Positions 47,301 through 59,500 of a DNA stretch of 64,000 nucleotides are shown here, one piece after another. The translations under genes and the position numbers were made by a program. The notes beneath the pieces were generated by a model that was not told the origin of the DNA, searched no databases, and saw nothing but the letters and a program-made list of their open reading frames with translations. The DNA is from Trichodelitschia bisporula (taxonomy: Eukaryota), in contig ML996696.1 of NCBI GenBank assembly GCA_010356995.1, positions 436,364-500,363 of the forward strand, read 5' to 3'. Every line of letters starts with the position of its first letter. The stretch's first letter is position 1.

Positions 47301-50300
47301 CCGTGAGGGTCTTCCATGGATCCTCGTTGCGGCGAAGCGACGGTGCGGTGACAGGAGTGCCGCCAATGGATGACCGGACCATCCCAGAGCACACAGGGTG
47401 AGCGCCAACCTCGACCCAAGCAGTCCTCTCGTCGAAGATCTTCTCATCCTGGCCTTGCGAAATCGCAGCCCAGAAGTTGACGGTTTCACGGGCGTGGCGG
47501 GCGAGATAGTCGGGGCCAATGATACCAGCTTCAGTGATGACGTCACCTGTCAGCGGCGACAGCACAGGGACATCGGGCTTGTGGAAGGTGACGCCGGCCG
47601 CTGCCTCCTTGAAGGCATCGAGGATGGGATCAACCTGTGCTGAGTGGAAGGCAAATGGCACATTGAGCTTCGTCGACTTGAAGCCCTTGCTTGCGATGAT
47701 ATCGGTCACGCCCGAAATCACTTCAACAGTGCCGCAGAGGACAGTTTCCTCTGGGCCGTTGATGCAGGCAACCTCCGTCATCTTGTCGCCCAAGACCTCT
47801 TCGCAGGTTTCGACGCTGGCCTTGACAGCAAGCATGCCGTGTGTGTACTTGGTGCAGTCGCGCTCTAGGAGCTGAGCCCGACGCCCGACCAGCAGAATCA
47901 TGTCGCTGGCCGACAGGACACCTGCAACCTGAAGCGCAGCATACTCGCCCAGGCTGTGGCCAATGACGGCAACAGGCTTGACACCCCAAGAATACCACAT
48001 GCGAGCGAGCGCGACCTGGATGCAGGACATGCCAAGCTGAACAACCACAGGGGACAGAGTTGCGACGTCGGTGCCATCCAACAGGGGAAGGTAGGACGGG
48101 AAGCCCTGGAGGCGCGACAGCTTGTCAAGCTCATCGATGTCGGCGCGGAATGAGGGCAGCTCCTGGTACAGCTTCTGCGCCAAGCCGGTGTACTGAGAGC
48201 CTTGGCCGGTGAAACAGAAGGCCGTCGGCGTGGCCACCATGCGCGTGGGGGTGTAAGTCTCGCGAATTTGGGCCATCAAACCCTCGCGCACTTTGCTCAT
48301 CTCTGATACGGTGAAAGCAACACGGTAATTGTGCTGAATGCGACGCGCGGTAAGAGTGTATGCCAGACTGGGGAGGGTGGTCTCTGGGTTGTTCTTGAGG
48401 TACTCGTCCAGGTTGTTGATGTTCCGCTTCAGCGAAGCGATTGAACGCGCAGAAACAGTCAAAAGGTGAGTGCCCCTGGGGTCAACGCCAGTAGGCGCCT
48501 GCCTAAGTGGACCATCCTCGAGGACAACGGCAGTGTTGCCACCCGCAGCGCTGAAATTGTTGACGAACAACTTGCGCTGCTTGGCCCCGTCACGAGGGAA
48601 GGGCGTATTCGTGACCGGAATATGAACATTGCGGCGCCCGAGATCCTTGGGGAAGGTCTGGTTGATGATCCCCTTGATACCAACGTTGGCAGGGATGGCA
48701 TTCTTCTGCATCATCATCAAAACCTTGATGAGTGCGTTGATGCCGGAAGAAGCTTCACCGTGACCGATGTTGGCCTTCAGCGCGCCCAAGTAGAGCGGCT
48801 GATCAGCGCGACGCTGACGGTTGCGGGGAGCAAAAGCGTTCGTGACCGAAGTCATCTCAATGCCGTCACCGGCCTGAGTGCCAGTGCCATGCATCTCGAC
48901 ATACGAGATGTCGTGAGCATCAACACCGGCCTCGTTGAGCACCCGCTTGTAGAGGAACTCCTGTGCACCCGCATGAGGATGGGTGATGGAGACAGCCTCA
49001 GCAGAGTGATTGGTGGCGGCTCCCAGGATGCTGCCAAGGATGACGTCCTTATCGCGAATGGCATCCTCGTAGCGCTTGAGGATGACGGTACCGCAGCCGT
49101 CACCACGGCAGTAGCCGTCGGCATCGTTGTCGTAGGTCTTGCAGCTGCCAGTCTTCGAGAGGAACTGACCCTTGGACAGACCGGCGAAAATGTCCGGGTT
49201 GGTCAGGACATTGAGGCCACCAGCGCAAGCCGTGTCGCAATCGCCCGCCCACAGTGAGGTGCAAGCAAGCTGGATGGCAGCAAAGCTGGAAGAGCAGGCG
49301 GTATCGACGCTGAAGGATGGACCAGAAAACTTGAAGTAGTAATTGATACGTCCCGGCGCAAACGCGCGCACACCACCCGTGATGAAGTAGGTGTCGACGT
49401 TCTCCGCCGCATTGATCTCACGCCAGTCATCCGAGGTCTGTCCGTAGAAAGTCCCGATGCGGTCGAGCTTGGTAGACGGGGTGCGATTGGGGACGTAACC
49501 AGACATCTCCAGTGCCTCATAGGCGGTCACGAGGGCCAGACGGCCCATCGGATCGGTCTGAGCTGCCTCTCGTGGAGACATGTTGAAGAATCTGGGGTCG
49601 AAAAGTCCCGGCTCGTCGATGAAGCAGCCATAGGGAGTGTGGGACTTGTTCTTTCCCTTGCCGGTCGGATCGCAGTGCACTTTCGCGTCAAAGCGGTCCG
49701 CGGGAATCTCCCGGTGCACATCCAGCCCCTTCATCAACAACTCCCAGAGAGCCTCATGGCTGGCAGCGCTGGGGAAGCGGCCAGACATGCCGACTATGGC
49801 AATCTTGTCACTGCTGGTCCGGCCGAAAGTGCCCTCGGAATGGACCCAGGAGCTGTGATCCATGAAACTGACTTCCGACTGGCCACCCGCCTTGAGAGCA
49901 GACACGAGACTGTTGGTGACGTTGGTCATGCCGTAGGCGGCAACGGTGCACACGTCACTGGCGCCGGAAACCGAGCTTGCGACCTCACTGAGAAGGTGGT
50001 CCCACCGGACTGGAGCTTCCAGAATCTCTTGCAGGACAAGCTCGAAGAGCTCCGCGGCAGAGGTCGCTTCGTGGCACTTCCCAGTCGCCGCCGAATGGAT
50101 CAGACGGGCAGGGCGGTAAAAGCGCAGGTTCGCAAGTGTCTCCTCCGTCATAATCGCCTTGCGATTATCACTGTCGTAAAGATGGGGGGCGTGGTACGGT
50201 GCGTAAACCGGGATGGCCACGCGATTGTGGCTGCTGATAGTCTCGCACTTCGAGAAGAGCTTGTCCATTGTTGAAGGGGGGCCACTCAAGGTCAACGCCA

Positions 50301-50960
50301 TGACACTGACTGCGCTGATGTAGGCGTAGTTCGGCCGCGAAATGCTATTCTCGGCATGGAAAACATCGAGGGCGGCGTTCGTCGTCTCTTCATCATTCGT
50401 CGTCACGATGGTGGACCAGCTGCGAAGCTGCTTGTCCGACTCAATGGTAGCGCGCATGGTGCCAACCTGGAAGCCAGTCCGGAAAGAGATCCGAACCGCC
50501 TCCACAGCAATTGGCAGCAAATCGCTGACCGAGTGTGCACATGCAACAGCAGCGCCAGCCAAGAGACCGGTGCAGAGACCGAGGATGCGGGTGTTGGAAG
50601 CAGCGGGCAACTGGCCGGGATTCTCCCCGAAGTACCTGTTGAAAATCAGAATGATTGTCGAAGAACTCCTCAAGCGACATACCCAATGTAGTGAGCAAGC
50701 TGAGAGATGGTGAGCAAGCAGCTTTCCAGCTGAGGCACCTTCGTCTCCTGCTCGTAGTACTTCTCCGCAAGATGGGAGATGGTGAGGAAGTGCGGGACTT
50801 CACTCCGCGTCCGCTGGGGAAGCTTCTCCACCTCCTCCCTCAGAGCAATAGCGGCTCTCTCCAGGAAAGTTGAGAGTGCGGCATTGTTCCGGATAGCCGC
50901 CAGTCGTCGCAGCAGGACCGATTGGTCCGCCGTCTGGTCGCCGAAAATCTGAATGTTCAT
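44339..50960 (-). CDS. PKS1: Non-reducing iterative type I PKS (SAT-KS-MAT-PT-ACP-ACP-TE), DHN-melanin / tetrahydroxynaphthalene synthase type, 2173 aa
   Basis: Exons 50960-50683, 50635-44446, 44392-44339 (6522 nt). SAT GLCTG, KS DTACSSS / EMHGTGT / NIGHGE, MAT GHSLGEY / AFHS, PT GHLVNG, ACPs GVDSLLS and GMDSLMS, TE GWSAGG / GNHFSMM. The N-terminus MNIQIFGDQTADQ and prefoldin-3 adjacency match Dothideomycete melanin PKSs. Confidence 0.92.
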
Positions 50961-52388
50961 GGTGAACGGTATTAAGGATTACAATGATGCGCTTGGAAAT
51001 CTAGTCGTAAAAGAAATGGCGGCGTGACCCTGAACGAAGTTGGGGCTCCTAAGGTTCGGCCGTGGGGACCATATACCGCAGTGATATGGCGAGTTGCTCC
51101 TCAAGAAGCGAAAGTTTGAAGCAACTTCGGGACCCCGAGGATGATGGCCGCGGACGATTCTTAGCCGATGTCGATGGTGATATGAAGTCGTAGTATGGGG
51201 AGAATCTCGTGAACGATTAAGTACTGGTACGACGATCGGATTGATCTGGCCCTTGAAGAGATATGAGGGCGGGGTGTGTATGGAGGGAGGAAAGAATGGT
51301 TTGAACAGCCTTGTCCAGGGTGACGGGCAACGATAGTTATACCAGAATGGCGATGAGGGAGCAATTGAGCTTGCCCGGACAATAACTCTATTTGTAGCCC
51401 AGTGGCGTTGCCAGGGGCCTAAGCCCACCTTCGTGCGGTCTCATCAACATGAGAAGCGTGAGATTCCTCGATGCAGAATGGACGGTCAGGTCCTGTACTC
51501 CGCCGTCCCGCAGCCGAACAGGCTTGCACAGACCACGCAGGTCAGAGTCTCCAGCAGAATCAAACACCTCTCTAGGCTTGCTGTCAGATAGCTAGTAAGG
51601 GCTGATATGCAATCATTACGAAGTGGCTCCATAGTGGGAACGGAAGCCCTGAGGATGGATACGCCAGATGCCTGGGTGGGCCAGATGGCGTTCGAAGCTC
51701 GAACAGCCAGGGGATTGCGCGGGCGGGCCCCCGATGGACGGCTCCCCACCATAACCAAAGAAGGCAGAGGTGAGCGAAAAGAGACTGAGGAGAGAGACAT
51801 CCAATGAATAGGCCACCCAGAGTCCGGATGCTTCACTTTGACTTGGAGCTCCCCACCCGTGGTCCGAGCATTAGAGGCGCAGGACTTGGGTGCCTGGCGG
51901 CCGGACGTTGTCTAGGGTGATTTGCGAGAGGAGAGGCTCTCCAGAAGTGGGATTATTCAGTAAGACTCGGTGGGTGGGCCTAAAGTTAGAAAAAGAGATG
52001 TGACATTGGACCAAGTAGCTGCATGGCTTGATGGGCGCAGCCGCAGGCCTCCAGCAAGCCGGGCAAGGTGGAGCAATCGACAGCGAGGTGGAGGCGGAGG
52101 CTGAGGCGGGGAGAGAGAAGTTAGAGAGAGAGCAGGCATGCGTGCTTGTGGTACATACGGAGGAGTAAATGGCGTAGATTGGACAAGGCGCGTTGAGCAT
52201 CGACCGCTGATTGTAAGTTTTTTAGCCAGTATTTCGATCGAAGCAGAGTGTAGTACTCGTAGTAGACTAGGGTGGCTACAGATTGGCCTGAGAAGAGAGT
52301 GAAGGCTTCCGAAACGACCTCCAGAGTAGAGGGGAAAGGGCCCCATCCACACATCATAACGTCGTCTTTTTGCTTCGCTTGTATCTAT

Positions 52389-52435
52389 CCCTCTCTCTCC
52401 CTCTCTCTCTCTCTCTCCCTCTCTCTCCCTCTCTC

Positions 52436-52475
<40 letters not shown>

Positions 52476-52492
52476 TCTTTCTCTATCTCTCC
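52389..52492. repeat. (CT)n microsatellite, ~100 bp
   Basis: Near-uninterrupted CT/CCT run. Confidence 0.95.
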
Positions 52493-53211
52493 TTCAGTCG
52501 TCACTAAACGCGTTCAACCGCCACTTGCCATATTGCTGCTTGACGATTAGCTAGTATGAAAAGGTAGAGAGGCTATGGTAGGATGCCTGACCGCTGGCGG
52601 CGGGATCTTCTACCGCCCAAGACTTCTTCCAAGCCTTCCAAGCCACCTTCTCACCTCCGCACCAGCTCGTCTGTGCGCCGCACCGCAACGCACCGCTGCA
52701 CCACATGTACTGTGTACCGTACGGTCCAGCGCCCGCCTCAAGGTGTCCACGCTTCACGTAACATGTGCTAGCCATGATGCAGCCGCGTGTCCCTCTTCAT
52801 CCGTAGGTTCTCGCTGTACCGGTACCGGGGGGGTTTGAGGATGATTGGATGTGAGGATGTTGAGACTGAAAGAGCCGCGGGTTGTTCTTGATCTTCTGTC
52901 AAGAGGAGCGAATTCTATGCAGGGCGCACACTCCTGAGTCCGTGGTTCGGACGTGCCTCCCCTCAAAGTCGCGAGTCGCGCGGGTCGTGACTTCCAACCT
53001 CGTACACACCTGGTTTGCTGTTGTGCGGAGATGTTGCAAGGGGGTAGTTAATAGGTGGTATAATCCTGGTGTAGTGGGTCATTAATTGTCCGTCTCCCAC
53101 CCCGTATTTGCCCCCAGTCAGCGCCATCGTTACTTCCCTTTCTTCTCGATACTCAAGGGAATCTCACCTCCTCGTTCAACCCAAAGCCCCTTGGCATTTG
53201 CTTCCCGCCCC

Positions 53212-53307
53212 CTTCTCACCTCTCTTATGCTTCTCTCTCCTCTCTCCTCTCTCCTCTTTCTCCTCTCTCTCCTCTCTCTCCTCTCTCTCCTCTCTCTCCT
53301 CTCTCCT
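53212..53307. repeat. CT-rich tract with 9-bp periodicity (CCTCTCTCT)n
   Basis: CCTCTCTCT tandem units within an almost purely pyrimidine ~95-bp stretch. Confidence 0.9.
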
Positions 53308-53544
53308 CGACAGTTCCCGCTTTCTTCCCCCCCTACCCCCACCCACCGCTCCAAAACTACCCCACCTCACTCCAAGCTCCCGCAAGCCCCCAGCTACCGT
53401 ACAAGCCACCGGAAAGGGTAACACGGCTGGAGGTACCGGTAAACCAGCCGAGGGGAAGGAGCTGTCTGCCGTATTACCCCCCAAAACTGTACTAGCAAGA
53501 TACACCTCCCACCAAAAACAATAAGGCACTCCTTTTCTCTTCCG

Positions 53545-53585
53545 CAAAGCCACCCAAAGCCACCCAAAGCCACCCAAAGCCACCA
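53545..53585. repeat. 4 x 10-bp tandem repeat CAAAGCCACC
   Basis: CAAAGCCACC repeated four times. Confidence 0.9.
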
Positions 53586-56500
53586 CACCTTCATCTCGCG
53601 CTCTTCCTAACCATCACCCACTCCGCCCTACTACGAGATTCTCCCCCGCTATCCCTTTCTGTACACAGTACCTGTCTGCTACTCTGATATCCCATCCCGA
53701 AAAAGCCCCCAAAAATTCATTTCCCCGGCCGCGTAGCCAGCCTCATCACCGCTTTGGAAGATGTTTGCGATTATCCCTCCCCCCTAACTGGTGTCGAGTC
53801 TTCCCCTCGACCTTGCCCCTCCCTTTAAGCTCATGATTACTAGCCCGCAAGTTTGTGCATTTGCCGTTCCCGTCGAGGCCGTCTTGTCGAGATTGGGCTC
53901 TTCCCGGATCCCCACCCCACCCCGCGCCAAAGGCGTTGCCGTCTCCCGAGTACACTAAATAATAGCTAAACCTGACGTGCCGCCGCTTGTCGCCCCCGCC
54001 TTTGTCACCAGCTCAAAATGTTATGATTGATGCTCTCGGCTCTTCGACGTCCACGTCCCACAGTGGGTAGTGAAGTTTGTGGAACTGGGTCAGCAATCCC
54101 CATATGTCCGTCCGGACGTTCTGGCCTTGCACCCCATGAGTATATCTTATCCTATTCGCCCTCGCCCCTGCCCCGTCGTGTGGAATTTGTTGTGTAACCC
54201 TGGAGTACTCGCCTGGAATACTCGCAGCATGTACCCCAGCGCCGGAATCCGGATAGATCCCCAGTGTCCCCAGCGTAACCCATCGTGCACGCCAACTGTT
54301 TTCTAGGCCGCCCGAGACGGTGACCCCGAGAACGAAGGTAAGCTACCTTAGAATACGCTGTCCTACCTTGCTCGGCACCGTTTGCACATTTCAACAAAGT
54401 AGGATTGTGGACAGGCGATACTACTGTGTACCATTCACTTCTTGAGAGCCCTTGGCCGGCATCCCGTTGAACTGGCGATCAATGGGTCGTCAGCTTCCTC
54501 CTTTCACGCCGCTGGTCCCACAGCAAAGACATGGAGATCAGCAAAGAGCTCCATCCCATTCGAAAAGGATGGGCGATCTTGCCCTATGTGGGGCCGCCAC
54601 CTCGAACTCAAAGGTCTCATCGCTACTCCTGATGCTGGAGGTACATGTGCACTCAAGGGAGGGTCGTGTGGGTGCCATGTTCCCGAGTCCATCCCTTTCA
54701 AGTCTTGACATGCGAGCCTGTCTGTCCTTACTTCTCGACTCCCTGGACCCGCGTGGGAACCATCAGGTAGCCTTCTTTGGCGTTAGCGTGGGGCGCTCAT
54801 TGCTACCGCCTGCCCTGCGCGCCTTATCGTAGCGGCTAACCAAGCGCTCTCCCAAGTGCAAGCGAGCCAAGCGAGCGTACTTCAATTCCGAATACGCGCA
54901 GCAAGCACGCCCGTTGATGACTGCGGCGCCTGGACCGAGGCTGGACCGATATCGTTCTTCGTTTGGTTCTGCTGCTTCGTTTTCGCACCCTGGTGTAGCC
55001 GCCCCTCAGCCCCGCGCTGGAAGCCTGAACCCTCGTCATGAACTAGGCTGACCAATTAGATAAGGTTTATCACCCAATAATAGCAGCATCGCGGGACCAA
55101 GCCCCCTTCATCGCACTGCATTTTCGTAGCCGTTTGTTAGTTACCGCAAATTTCCAGTGTCTGCTACTTGAGCATTATCAAGCCGATGCGGTGTCGAAGA
55201 AAAATGGAACCCATACGCTATCCTACCAATGTCGACATTTCCTATGCACTTCCGCACCGCTCGGCTTCGGCCTTCACACCGTCTCTACAATGTTTCGGGG
55301 CTTTTGATCTGCAGTTCGATCTCGCCCAATTGCCGGCAGTGCATGTGCATGTGCATTGAGCCTGATGCCGTATCTGGAGATCAAGCTGGAGCCGACAGCA
55401 TATTCACCAACACCGTAACTCGTACCTCGCCTTTCGCAGCCTCGACACAACCCCATTCTGACTGTCGAGGCTTGTGGCAACCCTATCGCTTTCTAAGCAA
55501 GCCTACCACAAGGGAAGATTCCAGCCTCGTACGATCTGGTCATGCTCACCACTCTGATGGATTAACCCAAGGCGTAACATGCTACACTACTGAGCTTCGT
55601 GATGGAGATCATCGGTTTGAAGTCTACTTGTCTCTGAACCACTAGCCAAGTCAGTGTTGCTGTGAAAACGGGCTTCGAAGGTCGCATCTTCAGCCACGTC
55701 GGCCAACGTGAGGGGGTCTCCGTTGCAGGCCTCACGCATGTAGATAGGTCCACGCCAGTTTCTGTCATGTCTGTCTGGCGAGCCGCATTATACTCGGTAC
55801 CCTCATGGTTTTCGTTGATTCATGTCCGTTTCAGCCGAGGCTCGTTTGTATCTCAGTTAAAGCCCAGCTACGTACCAATGCCCTTTTGTCAGAGCCACCG
55901 TCGAGCTCTGTCTATCATGACGCGGTCATTTCTACAATACTAGTTTTCAGCGCATCATCGCATCTGCCAAGGGTCGTTGCACCACGAGAAGGTAGTGCTC
56001 GTTGCCCCACGTTTGCGGGGACGGATAATCGTGAGGGCGGACTTCGGGAGGTGGGCTTGCCAAGACTGAGGAGAGCGGGCATGACGCCATCTCCATCAGT
56101 CTCCCCCACCCCACCTCCTCTACGGTACAGCACCGTACCGTACCGATGGCCTCAGAAGCACAATACATACATCTGCGCTCAATGAGTTCGGAATTCCGTT
56201 ATCTCATCGAATCAGTCCGTCTGCCTTCATCTTGACCCTCGGTTTGTCCGAGCACTTGCTATCTCAAGCCTTGGATCAACACCACCGGTACGACACTCTG
56301 CAGCATCTCGGTCGACCGTCGACAGCCCGCATATCGGCATGTACGAAGTGAATCTTCCTCTGGTGTCCATGGCCGATTGGCCAAACAGGCTCCACGAAGG
56401 CTACCTCGTCGGACACTAAGGCTAGGGTATCATTCAGCTGCCAAAGCATCTCACCCGCTTTGGGTTGCTGTCGTTTGCAACAAAGAATATCATGTCACTG

Positions 56501-59500
56501 AATAGACCGTTCGATTTAATCCTTGCGCCTCCCAAATGCTGTGTACGGTATCCATGCGGCTGACAACACATTAGACTCTTCGCCTTCTTTTCGATTAGTC
56601 GTGGCTTGCCATGCAAAGACTGCCACCGGTGATCACAATGGGCCCAGGGCTTGGAACTTTACCATCCATTTACCCGTAGCGCTTGGTGGGGAAGCACTCG
56701 TCTAGACCATCTCGCACCCTCTTCGACCGAACTGTTATGTCCCGTGACATCATCGCGTAGTATTCGTCTACCAAATGAAGTATTTACATACCACTGGATC
56801 ATCACCGGTTTCAGGACCATAACTTGCACCACTTCGGTCAAATGCGTATATCAAATGTCTCGATCATTCAGCACGTCAACGCGATTTGCGGACCTTTCCC
56901 AGTTGAAAGGCTCAACATAGTATCCCAACAGAAGACCCGTCAGCCTTGAGCAACGACCTCTGCGGTATTACCGCTTGCGAACCGATTACCTTCGTTAGTC
57001 GGCAACTTATCCCGGATGACCCAGGGTCGCAACCACCTCCTACCCGGACTTGGGATTCTGGTCCGAGGAAGCGTGTCGCTCAAGATGCCAACGTTGACTT
57101 TCAGCATCTGATCTTCAATGGCTGTGGCTACACCTAGACTTGATGCAAGGCAACCGACGGGAATAAGCAATATTGCGGGTTGGGTATCCACGATCCGTCG
57201 TCGTCTGACCGTTGTCCTTGTCAAGTAACAGGGACCGGGCCTTGCAACAATCGCGACCCAATTTCACAGTAACTTCTATCCAACTCTCGCAATCAATGAA
57301 GCTGCAGCGATCTGCGGCATTCTCACACCCTGTGGATACAATTATGTCTTCGGCGTCTATTGAGCGAACCATCCAAGACCCGGAATACCAGGCCCAGTTA
57401 AGGAGCAAGTCAGTGACGTCTCCAGTCAATCTCGTGGAACTATGAGCTTCTTCTATCACATCATCTTTGACATAGTCCGCACGCGCCGCCACAGATCTTG
57501 CGCTTTTAATCAATATGCGTCCTTCACGCCTGCTGCAGCCGTGGGGAGCATCTGAAATACTCGAACTTCTCATGTGCATCATCCTGCGCAACGCATGGCT
57601 TATGGGACTCCACGTCTTATTGATAGGCGGCTCCTGCAATTTCAGGGCTTCAATCCCATGCTTCGTTGAATGCCTAGCATTCGGCTCTTTGGATACGGAT
57701 GGCCAATACCCTCGCGGGATCATCATTGACGACGGAGAGCAGACTTACTTGTTTGTAACGGTAGCTGGATTTTTCTTCTATCTCAATTTATGAATGAAGG
57801 TTATTCTTCAGAGCGATTCACGAAGTACTTCGGGGTTGTCCCCCGGACAAGGCTGAGGGCCTGTAAGCCCCCAGCCCTGCAGCCCGCTAGGTTACCCCTT
57901 CTCGCAGTGACAACCACGATCACGGAGCTTTTTCCTCGGAAGGCGGCAGGTTGCGAAACAAGGTACGGAGAGTTCAGGATATGTTAAATCGTATTGTTTC
58001 AAGCTGTTCCTCGAAGTGTCTAGAATAAATGTTTGCATTGACATCCCCTGGCCCTAGCACAATTGAAACCAGGATCGGGTAAGAGTTGTTCTACTTCGAA
58101 GAACCCAGAAGTTCCCCCTGGGGATCTCACAGGGCATTTAATCTATAAGGTGATCGAATAGGGAGAACACTTGGGCCTACGCCACTCCCCAGTGCTCGAT
58201 ACCGGAGCCATCGTGGACCGGAAGTGTATCCGAAGTTTCGGACAGCTGCAGGCAAAATAGGTCCGGCATCTATCCCATTTATTCCCGCCATGCTGACTTT
58301 TAACTGGAACTTATGGACAAGGCTTTAAGCAAATATGGTCGTCATCATTCACACGTACTTTGCAATCAATATCAATCTCTTGTCAGCGCTTGGGGATCAT
58401 CTACATTACTCGAGTCACTCCCGGCACATTCTATGAGAATCTCAAGTCAAGAGATGAGACGGAAGAGCTAACACCGGATACGATGGAATATGAAGCCAAT
58501 CAAATCAATGTTGCCTCGAGGGACCGTCAACGTCAGTAGTCAATACAATCCCTTCACTCCCAAGAGTTTAGAAGCGCTTAACGTTGGCCATCTGAAGCTA
58601 ACGTGTGGCCTTTCGTATGTTTAATCCCAGATTAAATCAGCTAGATGACGTTGCACTGAGGTTGTCGAGGCAAATCACGCCGTTGCCACCGAATAGACGT
58701 CTCCAATATCATTCCCTACAACTGCCTCCGCTCATCTGGACCGAACCTTGTGTTTTTCCAGGCTCACCGCTTCTCGCATGGATGGTATCAAGTCATTCCA
58801 TATTCCGGTCGCCGTCGAGACTCTGAAGTCCGACAGCAACAACGCATCCGGCGCGGGGAGGGCATTACCCCATGAGACCAAGGATGTCGTGAAGGGTGTA
58901 CACGAACATGCACACGCTCCATAAGGAGCTCCTATGACGCGACCGTTGGGACCATAAGCGTAGCTATGCTGGCTCGCATGTCTGCTCTTCAATCTGTTGG
59001 AGCTCGAGCTTGTCCGGAACTGGGGTCATCATCGTGATGACAAACGCGACAGCGTCTCACTTCGCTCATTCAGCGAAGCAAAAAGTGACACGCGGGTGCA
59101 CGGCTGGACTTCACATCATTGGTGTCCCATTCCCATTGCATGGTTGCTGGCAGCTGAAGATGTGCTTGAAATCTATACTTCGGGTGATGCGGAAGCAGAA
59201 CGAAGACATTGCAGTGTGGGGCCTTCCATCGTGCAGCGTCATGCTACCGCGCGCCGGGCACAGGTTGGATGTGCAGCATACAGATTCGGGCCTGCCGAAA
59301 GCCACCGTGCCTCGAAGTGGAAGCAGGAAAGCGATCTTCGCAGGGAACTGAGGTTGGTTGGACTTCTAAATGCTCTAGATTGCTGCGGAGTGCTGACTTG
59401 GAACTCAATTTGTGGGCCGCATGTGTATGTACTTCCTGTCCGAATCCGGTAAGGAGAAGGCTATGAGCCGAAAACATGCAAATTCCTCGGTGAGATATGG

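Noticed and set aside
53086..53594. ORFs with LLSLLS / ERRERR repeats
   Set aside because: Translations of the CT microsatellite.
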